Source: Candidatus Iainarchaeum sp.
GTDB taxonomy: Archaea > Iainarchaeota > Iainarchaeia > Iainarchaeales > JAZDEL01
Direction: 5' to 3'
Assembly (NCBI GenBank): GCA_043808785.1
Contig: JAZDEL010000005.1
Location: 6,483 to 38,482, forward strand
Length of the DNA: 32,000 bases
In this document: positions 23,761 to 31,096 of the stretch, in pieces
Numbering within the stretch: the first letter of the stretch is position 1
How the letters are laid out: each line of letters begins with the position of its first letter
Translations under genes and position numbers: made by a program
The notes under the pieces: generated by a model
Told to the model about the DNA's origin: nothing
Seen by the model: the letters and a program-made list of their open reading frames with translations, nothing else
Databases searched by the model: none

Positions 23761-23863
23761 GCAGCGAGATAGCCGCTAATTAATCATGCAAATTTTAATT
23801 AAAAAAGTAATTTCTAATGAAAAGGTTTAAATATAATGAAGGCATAGATATATAGGTGGTTTC

Positions 23864-24109
23864 ATGGAAGTTCAGGTAACGGAAATAAAAATGTCAAAGG
23901 GCTTCCAGTTCACGCTCCCGGCAAAGACCAGGAAAAAGCACGGCCTGAAGCCGGGGCAGGAACTGAAGGTAATAGACATGGACAACGAGATAATCCTCAG
24001 GCCCAAAATGAAAAGGAGCGTGAGGGAACTGATAGGCAGGTTTGCGGAAGAGAAAGGCTTCGATTCCGCAAAAGAGCACGACATCATAGTGGCGGGGTTC
24101 GGCGGATGA
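23864..24109 (+). CDS. vapB: AbrB/SpoVT-MazE-type antitoxin (VapB-like)
   Basis: KMSKGFQFTLPAKTRKKHGLKPGQELKVIDMDNEIILRP is a swapped-hairpin AbrB-fold pattern. The length is 81 aa. The stop overlaps the PIN gene start (ATGA 24106-24109). Confidence 0.75.
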   Translation: MEVQVTEIKMSKGFQFTLPAKTRKKHGLKPGQELKVIDMDNEIILRPKMKRSVRELIGRFAEEKGFDSAKEHDIIVAGFGG

Positions 24110-24516
24110 AATTCATAGATACGTGCGTGCTCTATGCCTCGTTCTTCAGGAACGAGAAGAGCCACGCGGAGGCAAAGAGGCTTATGGAATCTATCCTCAA
24201 GGCAAAGGAGAAGGCGGTTTATTCCGACTACGTCCTGGACGAACTGCTTACCCTCGCGAAAAAAAGAAAGGGGCGGAAAATCGCCTCGCAAATACTTGAC
24301 GTGATGGTTTCCTCGGAAATCGAATTGATAAAAGTCGGCGACGGGAACATCAGCCTTGCGCTCGAGATATTCAGGGGCTACGAGAGCCTGAGTTTCACCG
24401 ATGCGACAAGCGTCGCCATAATGCTTGAAAGGGGAATAACCGAAATATGCTCATTTGACAGGGGCTTCGATGCGGTGCCGAAAATTTCAAGGATTGCGGG
24501 CGAAGCGGGGAAGTGA
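24106..24516 (+). CDS. vapC: PIN-domain ribonuclease toxin (VapC-like)
   Basis: MKFIDTCVLY (Asp5), VLDELL (Glu), SFTDATSVAIM (Asp) and CSFDRGFD (Asp) form the PIN acidic quartet. The length is 136 aa. Confidence 0.8.
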   Translation: MKFIDTCVLYASFFRNEKSHAEAKRLMESILKAKEKAVYSDYVLDELLTLAKKRKGRKIASQILDVMVSSEIELIKVGDGNISLALEIFRGYESLSFTDATSVAIMLERGITEICSFDRGFDAVPKISRIAGEAGK

Positions 24517-24595
24517 CGCCCATATAATGCTTAATGGAGAAACTGGCGAATCAGCAGGCATCCCTATGAAAAAAATTTCAGGGCGGAGATGAAAA

Positions 24596-25243
24596 ATGCC
24601 AATCCCAATTGAAATATTGCGGAAAGCATGGATGGACAAGCGTACCGGCCGTTTAGATTTAACGCACGAAACCCGGCCAAGCGCGGGCCCAATTAAAGAT
24701 AAGCCGCGCATTGAAAAATACGGGATAATAAAAGACAAGAAGAGTAAGATGATTCTGACAGTTAGTAGCCACCCGACACACATCGACGTGGTTGCATTTC
24801 CAAAGTTGGAGCATCTTGAAGCATTCAAGGCCGCGGCAAAGGGAGTTATGCATGGCGGAACGGCGGACTTCTATCCCGGCAGCATAGGTGCGATGCATCT
24901 GTTACTGTCCCCTATGGACGTTTCCGGACACAGCGCAGTGCTGCTTTTCATCCAGTCCCATTTCAAGACAAAACAGGACGCTCCTGGGCAGCGGGTTCTT
25001 TCGCGCCCACTTGCCACAAAATATGGCGGCTGGAGGCATCGGTGCTTGGATATGGCTGTGGAGTTTGCACTCGGCAGCGGGCGGCTTCTCGTAGTTCCTA
25101 AACATGTCGCGAGCCGTGGAACTGTTCTTCATGACCTTGACAAGGTTTGTTTGGCACACGACTTGAAGAGGTTTGGGGGAAAGGAGGCTGGCAAAATATC
25201 GTACTGGCGGGGGGGCATAAAAGTTGTGGAGATTGATGTTTAG
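24596..25243 (+). CDS. Hypothetical protein, no family recognised
   Basis: 215 aa with coherent codon usage. GGAG lies 8 nt upstream of the ATG. GC is somewhat lower than in the flanks, mainly in the first third. It follows vapBC on the same strand. Confidence 0.5.
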   Translation: MPIPIEILRKAWMDKRTGRLDLTHETRPSAGPIKDKPRIEKYGIIKDKKSKMILTVSSHPTHIDVVAFPKLEHLEAFKAAAKGVMHGGTADFYPGSIGAMHLLLSPMDVSGHSAVLLFIQSHFKTKQDAPGQRVLSRPLATKYGGWRHRCLDMAVEFALGSGRLLVVPKHVASRGTVLHDLDKVCLAHDLKRFGGKEAGKISYWRGGIKVVEIDV

Positions 25244-25250
25244 GCAAGCT

Positions 25251-25293
25251 GGTTGGCACCTTTTCCTGCAAAGCATGCCGCAGAAAGGCAACC
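25251..25293 (+). terminator. Imperfect hairpin followed by T-tracts downstream of the 215-aa ORF
   Basis: Pairings: 25251-55 with 25289-93, 25259-63 with 25284-88, and 25266-69 with 25280-83 (14 bp in total). It is followed by atttataaccttttttcattttcttttt, which also holds the TATA-like box for adk. Confidence 0.4.
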
Positions 25294-25332
25294 ATTTATA
25301 ACCTTTTTTCATTTTCTTTTTAGCGTGGTAAG

Positions 25333-26046
25333 ATGAACATAATTCTCCTTGGCGCACCGGGTTCGGGAAAGGGCACCGTTGCGCAGTTCCTTGTGGAAAG
25401 GTACGCGTTCACGCAGTTAAGTACGGGAGATATGCTGCGCTCGGAATTGAGAAGGCGCACGCCCCTCGGAAAGAAGGCAGGGCCCATAATGAAAAGCGGC
25501 GGCCTTGTTCCAGACGAACTTGTGGCGAAAATTGTCGCTGAAAGGCTTTCGGAAAGCGTTGTCAAGCACAAGCGCAGCTCACTTAGCTGCGGCGGGGATT
25601 GCTCGCACTGTGCAGGGCATGTGCAGGGCAGCGAGGGCATTGCCCTCGACGGCTTCCCTCGCAACCTTGGGCAGGCGAAAATACTGGATGAACTGCTTGC
25701 AAAGCACGGGCTGAAGATAGAGCTTGTCCTGCTGATAGATGTCGCGGAGAAGGAAATAATCCGCAGGCTTTCGGGAAGAAGGCAGTGCGAAAACTGCAAC
25801 AGGGTTTACGGCGTCGACATGAAGCCCGAGAAGGCGGGGATATGCGACGAGTGCGGCGGAAAGCTCATACAGCGCGCGGACGACAGCGAGAAGGTTGTTA
25901 AGGAAAGGCTTGCGCTTTACAAAAAGACGGGCGAGCCGCTCGTGAAATATTATGAAAAGCACGGCTGCCTCAGGAAAGTGAAGGGCGGCAAGGGCGTGAA
26001 GAAGGTTTACAAGCAGGTTGAGGAAATAATAAACGAAATGTACTGA
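25333..26046 (+). CDS. adk: Adenylate kinase (long, zinc-LID type) with an extra Cys/His-rich insertion
   Basis: The P-loop is MNIILLGAPGSGKGT. LSTGDMLR and LDGFPRNLGQA are Adk blocks, and the LID reads CENCNRVYGVDMKPEKAGICDECGG (C-x2-C-x16-C-x2-C). There are about 22 extra residues between the AERL and IALDGFPR blocks. Confidence 0.9.
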   Translation: MNIILLGAPGSGKGTVAQFLVERYAFTQLSTGDMLRSELRRRTPLGKKAGPIMKSGGLVPDELVAKIVAERLSESVVKHKRSSLSCGGDCSHCAGHVQGSEGIALDGFPRNLGQAKILDELLAKHGLKIELVLLIDVAEKEIIRRLSGRRQCENCNRVYGVDMKPEKAGICDECGGKLIQRADDSEKVVKERLALYKKTGEPLVKYYEKHGCLRKVKGGKGVKKVYKQVEEIINEMY

Positions 26047-26096
26047 GGCGGCAAGGGCAGAAACAGCGAGGGCAATGCTAAAAAGGGGTCGGGAAG

Positions 26097-26624
26097 ATGT
26101 CTTACACTGAAGGGGCAATAACACTTACCAAAAAATTCTGGGTTGAAATGCTGCTTGTGCTCGTGCTCACCGCTGCGCTGATTTTTGCAGTTAGCGTTCT
26201 CTCCGAGCCGCAGAGCGATGAGGACATGATTTCTCCGCTGTTCCTTGCCGCATCGATAGTGCTTGTTCTTGTGCCGTTTTTCACTTCCGCGCTTGGCGGG
26301 TTCATTGCCGCGGGAAAAACAGAAAAAATGCGCGAGGTTTTCTTCATTGCCGTGCTGCCAGTAATGCTTATTGCGATAGGCAGCATGCTGCTTGTGTTCC
26401 TTGACTTTTTCACGATTGCCGACGCGGACTGGCAGGAGCAGGCGGACATGTTTGCCGCGCAAATGCTGCTTGACACTGCGCCGAGCATTGCGGAACTGAA
26501 GGCTGTGAGCCTTTTCGGCGTTGCACCCGAACTGCTGCGCGCGCTGTTTGCCGCGCTCGGCCTTGCTATAGCGGGGGCGTGGGTAGGCGCTAAACTGCGC
26601 GGCAGAATGGGCGGAAAAAGGTGA
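26097..26624 (+). CDS. Hypothetical membrane protein (about 4-5 TM helices)
   Basis: Hydrophobic segments include MLLVLVLTAALIFAVSVL, LFLAASIVLVLVPFF, VFFIAVLPVMLIAIGSMLLVFL and LFAALGLAIAGAWVGA. No family was recognised. Confidence 0.6.
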   Translation: MSYTEGAITLTKKFWVEMLLVLVLTAALIFAVSVLSEPQSDEDMISPLFLAASIVLVLVPFFTSALGGFIAAGKTEKMREVFFIAVLPVMLIAIGSMLLVFLDFFTIADADWQEQADMFAAQMLLDTAPSIAELKAVSLFGVAPELLRALFAALGLAIAGAWVGAKLRGRMGGKR

Positions 26625-27607
26625 GCATATGCCCGCATGTGATGCGCTTACTGCAGTGGGCACTGCGCCCGAAGTGCTTAAACGGAAGTGAGAACTTGCC
26701 TGCGCCTGATGTTTTGATTGTAGGAAGCATTGCCCTCGACACCATTAAAACGCCCTTCGGAAAGGTTAAGGATGCGCTCGGCGGTTCCGCTGTTTACGCG
26801 GCATATGCCGCTTCGTTCTTCTGCAAGCCCGCAATAATGGGTGTTGTAGGAAAGGATTTCCCGAAGAAGCACCTTAAAATGCTCGAGGCGCGCGGGATTG
26901 ACACAAGCGCTGTCGAGGTGAGCAAAGGCAAAACATTCAGGTGGGAGGGCTTTTACGATTTCGACCTGAACATCGCGCACACGAAAAAAACAGAGCTCGG
27001 CGTGTTCAAGCACTTCAAACCCGAAGTGCCGGAAACCCTGCGCAATACGGGTTTTGTTTTTTTGGGGAATATTTCCCCGAAACTGCAGTTGTCGGTCCTG
27101 AACCAGATGGAAAAGAAGCCCGAACTTGCGGTAAGCGACACAATGAACTACTGGATATGCAAGGACAGGAAGGGCGTGCTCGAGGTCGTTAAAAAGGCGG
27201 ACATGGGGCTTATGAACGACGGGGAGGCGAGGATGCTTTTCCGCACAGGCAGCCTTGTGAAGGCGGCACGCGAGATACTGAAGCTTGATTCCGAGTTTGC
27301 GGTAATAAAAAAGGGCGAGCATGGCTGCGTTCTTTTCACGAAAGACACGCATTTCGCCGCGCCGGGTTACCCGCTTGAGAACGTGCTCGACCCGACCGGG
27401 GCAGGAGATTCATTCGCGGGCGCATTCATGGGCTATCTTGCGAAAACCCGCAGCCTCACCGAGCCGAACCTGAGGAAGGCAGTTGTTTACGGCTCCACTG
27501 TTGCGAGTTTTGCTGCGGAAGGTTTTTCGCTCGGGAACTTAAGGAACAAAACATTCGGGGATATCGAAAGCCGATATCTCCAGTTCAGGAAAATAGTTGA
27601 ATTTTAG
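26621..27607 (+). CDS. PfkB-family (ribokinase-like) carbohydrate/nucleoside kinase
   Basis: VLIVGSIALDTIKTPFG is the N-terminal beta1 motif. DPTGAGDSFAGAFMGYLA is the PfkB ATP/anion-hole signature. GTG 26621 overlaps the upstream TGA (GTGA); ATG 26642 is the alternative start. Confidence 0.8.
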   Translation: MSICPHVMRLLQWALRPKCLNGSENLPAPDVLIVGSIALDTIKTPFGKVKDALGGSAVYAAYAASFFCKPAIMGVVGKDFPKKHLKMLEARGIDTSAVEVSKGKTFRWEGFYDFDLNIAHTKKTELGVFKHFKPEVPETLRNTGFVFLGNISPKLQLSVLNQMEKKPELAVSDTMNYWICKDRKGVLEVVKKADMGLMNDGEARMLFRTGSLVKAAREILKLDSEFAVIKKGEHGCVLFTKDTHFAAPGYPLENVLDPTGAGDSFAGAFMGYLAKTRSLTEPNLRKAVVYGSTVASFAAEGFSLGNLRNKTFGDIESRYLQFRKIVEF

Positions 27608-27667
27608 CAGGCATTTGGAAGGGCGGAAATAGTGGAATTTTAAAACCTTTTGACTGGGGGTTAGGTT

Positions 27668-28915
27668 ATGAACTACGATGTAAAGGGCATGAAACTCGCC
27701 GAGGCGGGCGCGATGCAAATAGAGTATGCCGCTTCCCAGATGGGCGCGCTGCTCGAGGTAATTAAGCGCTTTGAAAAGGAGAAGCCTCTCAAGGGCGAGC
27801 GCATTGCAATGGCGCTGCACGTTACAAAGGAAACCGCAATGCTTGTGCGCGCGCTTATTGCGGGCGGGGCGAAGGTTGCAATAACTGGCTGTAACCCGCT
27901 GAGCACGCAGGACGATGTTGCCGCCGCGCTTGCGAAGGACGGCGTGCAGGTTTACGCGCACAAAGGGGAAACGCGCGAGCAGTATTATGAATTCATCAAT
28001 AAGGTGCTGGACATAAAACCGACGGTCACAATCGATGACGGCTGCGATCTGATAAGCGAAATCCACCAGAAAAGGACCGAACTGCTTTCGGGGTTAAAGG
28101 TCGGCACGGAGGAAACCACCACGGGCGTGATAAGGCTGAGGGCAATGGAGAACGACAACGCGCTGAAATATCCCGTGATTGCGGTAAATGACAACAAGAC
28201 AAAGCACCTGTTCGACAATTATTACGGCACGGGCCAGAGCACTATCGACGGCATCCTCAGGTGCACAAATGTCCTTTTCGCGGGCAAGATTGTTGTTGTC
28301 TGCGGCTACGGGGACTGCGGCAGGGGCGTTGCCTCGCGCGCGCAGGGCATGGGTTCGGAAGTAATAGTCTGCGAGGTAGATGCGGTAAGGGCACTGCAGG
28401 CAAGGATGGACGGGTACAGGGTTATGCCGATTGCGGAAGCCGCAAAGCTCGGGGAAATTTTCATAACCGTAACGGGAAACAAGCACGTTATCCGCACCGA
28501 GCACATAAAGGAAATGAAAGATAACGCGATTTTGGCCAACTCGGGGCACTTCGATGTGGAGATAGATGTGGCGGGCCTTGAGAAGATGGCAAAAAGCAAG
28601 AAGAGGATAAGGCACTACCTTGATAAGTACACTCTCGCGGGCGGAAAGAACGTCCTGCTCTGCGGAGAGGGGAGATTAGTGAACCTTGCAGCTGCGGAAG
28701 GGCACCCCTCGACCGTGATGTCGCTGAGTTTCTGCGGCCAGAGCCTTGCTGCCGAGTACGGGGTAAAGAACAAATTAAGGGCGGGCGTGCACCAGCTGCC
28801 TGCCGAAGTCGATAACATGATTGCGGAACTGCAATTGAAGGCGATGGGCATTTCAAAGGACAGCCTGACTGCTGAGCAGAAGAAATATTCGGAGTCATGG
28901 AAGGAAGGGACATAG
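27668..28915 (+). CDS. ahcY: Adenosylhomocysteinase (S-adenosyl-L-homocysteine hydrolase), short archaeal-type form
   Basis: LKGERIAMALHVTKETAMLVRALIAGGAKVAITGCNPLSTQDDVAAAL, VVVCGYGDCGRGVA (NAD site) and HFDVEID are all hallmark SAHH blocks. The length is 415 aa. Confidence 0.95.
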   Translation: MNYDVKGMKLAEAGAMQIEYAASQMGALLEVIKRFEKEKPLKGERIAMALHVTKETAMLVRALIAGGAKVAITGCNPLSTQDDVAAALAKDGVQVYAHKGETREQYYEFINKVLDIKPTVTIDDGCDLISEIHQKRTELLSGLKVGTEETTTGVIRLRAMENDNALKYPVIAVNDNKTKHLFDNYYGTGQSTIDGILRCTNVLFAGKIVVVCGYGDCGRGVASRAQGMGSEVIVCEVDAVRALQARMDGYRVMPIAEAAKLGEIFITVTGNKHVIRTEHIKEMKDNAILANSGHFDVEIDVAGLEKMAKSKKRIRHYLDKYTLAGGKNVLLCGEGRLVNLAAAEGHPSTVMSLSFCGQSLAAEYGVKNKLRAGVHQLPAEVDNMIAELQLKAMGISKDSLTAEQKKYSESWKEGT

Positions 28916-28928
28916 GGGCTGAAGAAAA

Positions 28929-29297
28929 ATGGGGAAGCCATTGCTCTGGCAGCCGCACGACCCTAAAACAAAACTAAGGAGAAACCCGTTCAGGGTTTGC
29001 AAAGATGCAGTAATTGCCGCAACCAGTTCTGCCAAAGAAGGGCGCGTAAAGAAGGCGCGATTGAAAATCGGCGGCAGGCATATAAATGGGTATTTATTGA
29101 ATAACGTCATATTGGATAATTTTTTTCCGCCGTGGAAATATTCGCAAGTATTCTTCCAGCCCATTACGGAATCAAATGGCTATGCATATTATACGGAATA
29201 TAACAGAAAAGGCGAGAAAGTGCTTGTCAGGAAGCCTGTCAAAAGCAAACTAGTGGCTGAACTCACAAAGTTCTGCAAAGAGAATGCGAAACAGTGA
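28929..29297 (+). CDS. Hypothetical small protein (orphan, low GC)
   Basis: 122 aa and basic. GC is clearly lower than in ahcY, especially over 29090-29300. No motif was recognised. The competing antisense ORF 28895-29164 looks less protein-like. Confidence 0.4.
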   Translation: MGKPLLWQPHDPKTKLRRNPFRVCKDAVIAATSSAKEGRVKKARLKIGGRHINGYLLNNVILDNFFPPWKYSQVFFQPITESNGYAYYTEYNRKGEKVLVRKPVKSKLVAELTKFCKENAKQ

Positions 29298-29332
29298 TTT
29301 ATTTAATCGTTTCAAGTGCTTCGGGCACCGCC

Positions 29333-30046
29333 CTACTTAATCGCTTCCCACATTATCTCGTCCTTCGGCTGCACAACAATCCCGCGCTCCGTAATTTCGA
29401 AAGGGTGCACGGTTTTCGAGTGGTTGGTGCCGCGCATTTTCCTCACGAAAAGGCTGCGGTGCGGCGGCGTGAAATAAAGCGCGATTATTCCGTCCGCCAC
29501 GAACTCCTCTATGCCGAAAGTGCTGAACTGGGTTTTGTCGCCCTTGGTTTCGGAAGTGAGCAGGGTTGTGCAGTTCAGGTCCTTGAGCGCGTTCGTGAAT
29601 TTGAAAAGCGCGTTCCTGAGTGTGCCCTCATCCTTGAGCCAGACAGCGAAGGCGGAAGTGCTGTCCACGGCAAGCCTTTTCGCGCCTATCTCCCCTGCCA
29701 TATCCGAGATTGTGCCTAACTCGGCATCTATCTGCGCACCCGCGTCCCCGTCATCCTTGATGTTCTCAAGGTTAAGCCTGTAAATGCGCATCAGGTTCCT
29801 GTCCTGCAGTTTCTTTATGTCCCACTTGAAACTTGCCATGTTCCATGCGATGTTTTTCACGTTGCCCTCGAGGGTTATGAAAATGCCCGGTTCCGAGAAA
29901 TCCAGCGCGCCCTGGTAAATGTACTGCATGCCGAGGATTGTTTTTCCGCAGCCGCTCCCTCCCCCCACAAGCACGGAACTGCCCTCGGGAACGCCGCCCT
30001 GAACCAGTTCGTCAAGCCCTGGAATGCCTGTTTTAATCCTTCTCAT
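29333..30046 (-). CDS. Single-domain KaiC-like / RecA-superfamily ATPase
   Basis: MRRIKTGIPGLDELVQGGVPEGSSVLVGGGSGCGKT (Walker A), RLAVDS (Walker B) and SLFVRKMRGTNHS give the typical KaiC/RadA-like (COG0467-type) layout. The length is 237 aa. taataaat lies about 27-34 nt upstream of ATG 30046. Confidence 0.8.
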   Translation of the reverse strand: MRRIKTGIPGLDELVQGGVPEGSSVLVGGGSGCGKTILGMQYIYQGALDFSEPGIFITLEGNVKNIAWNMASFKWDIKKLQDRNLMRIYRLNLENIKDDGDAGAQIDAELGTISDMAGEIGAKRLAVDSTSAFAVWLKDEGTLRNALFKFTNALKDLNCTTLLTSETKGDKTQFSTFGIEEFVADGIIALYFTPPHRSLFVRKMRGTNHSKTVHPFEITERGIVVQPKDEIMWEAIK

Positions 30047-30122
30047 GCAAAAACCAATCCCCGTTCCTTCGGTAATAAATGAACTGCCAGACTTATTAAA
30101 CCTTTTGATGATGGTTTTGGGT
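30047..30122. promoter_or_regulatory. Divergent promoter region between the KaiC-like ATPase and scpA
   Basis: Two AT boxes are present. taataaat (30073-30080) would serve the minus-strand gene. cttattaaa (30092-30100) lies about 23-31 nt upstream of ATG 30123. Confidence 0.4.
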
Positions 30123-31064
30123 ATGAGAGTAGGCAAGAAAACTGCGCAGGTTCGCGGAAAGGGAGGCGCCGAGGCAAGGGTTGGCGGAAAAAGCGGCACC
30201 GCTGCCGCCGGGTTTGCAGCGGCAGAAGCCGCTGAGGGCGCCGATGACGGCTTCGAAGATGCCGCAGGCGCGGAAGGAGAGGGGGCAAAAGGCGGGCGCT
30301 TAGGCGGCGCAGGGGGCCTCGGGCGCGCGCAAGGGCGCGATATGGGCGCCGGGGAGGGCGCTTCTGCAGTGCTTCCCCAGGGCGAGGTAAACCTCATAGA
30401 CCTCATAGAACAGCCCGAATGGAAAAGCATACTTATAGACCTCGTCAAAAGCGAAAGGATGGACGTATGGGATATAGATATTGCCCTGCTTGCGGACAAA
30501 TACCTGAAGAAGATAAATTCGATGGGCGGCAACGACCTGCGTGTGCCTGCGAACGCAATCCTCTGCTCCGCAATCCTGCTGAAATTCAAGTCCCGCATAC
30601 TGAGGCTGAGCGACATTGACGAGGAGCTTGCGGAGAAGGCCGCTGCGGCGGATGCGGAAAGGCGGATGCAGGCAATAGACGGCATGCTCCCCGAACTGCG
30701 CAGCATGCACCGCGGAAAGGAGGGCAGGGTTTCGCTCGACGTGCTTGTCGAGAGCATTGAAAAACTTCTTGAGAGGAGCGGCAAGGGCAGGAAGCCGCTC
30801 GAGGCCGCCGAAAGACCCGAGTTTCTTATACCCGTCCTGCGCGAGAACATAGAGGCGAAGATGGACGGGGTTTACAAACTCGTGAAAAAAGGCGCGGATA
30901 GTAAGGGCATTGTTCTTTTCTCCCAGCTTGTGAAAGGCATGAAGAAGCCGATGGACATCGTGATGGTTTTCTTGCCCCTCCTCTTCCTCGCGAACAAGGG
31001 AAAGATAGACGTGTGGCAGGACGAATTTTTCGGAGAGATTATGATTCAGATGACTAATGAGTAG
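30123..31064 (+). CDS. scpA: Segregation and condensation protein A (kleisin ScpA) with a Gly/Ala-rich N-terminal extension
   Basis: LIDLIEQPEWKSILIDLVKSERMDVWDIDIALLADKYLKKI is the ScpA N-terminal block. VFLPLLFLANKGKIDVWQDEFFGEI is the C-terminal winged-helix block. ATG 30342 is an alternative start that would remove the extension. Confidence 0.8.
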   Translation: MRVGKKTAQVRGKGGAEARVGGKSGTAAAGFAAAEAAEGADDGFEDAAGAEGEGAKGGRLGGAGGLGRAQGRDMGAGEGASAVLPQGEVNLIDLIEQPEWKSILIDLVKSERMDVWDIDIALLADKYLKKINSMGGNDLRVPANAILCSAILLKFKSRILRLSDIDEELAEKAAAADAERRMQAIDGMLPELRSMHRGKEGRVSLDVLVESIEKLLERSGKGRKPLEAAERPEFLIPVLRENIEAKMDGVYKLVKKGADSKGIVLFSQLVKGMKKPMDIVMVFLPLLFLANKGKIDVWQDEFFGEIMIQMTNE

Positions 31065-31096
31065 TATTTAAAATACCATTTACCACATATAGGTTC

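Noticed and set aside
28895-29164. 89-aa minus-strand ORF as the real gene in the ahcY-KaiC gap.
   Set aside because: It is shorter than the plus-strand 122-aa ORF, overlaps the ahcY 3' end, has an odd composition and lacks any plausible upstream signal. Neither ORF is certain.
30047-30850. N-terminal 268 residues of the 505-aa minus-strand ORF 29333-30850.
   Set aside because: This part is antisense to scpA and is low-complexity S/A/P-rich sequence with no motif. The KaiC-like domain begins cleanly at ATG 30046 (MRRIKTGIPGLDE) with a TATA-like box upstream. It is a GC-rich antisense shadow ORF.
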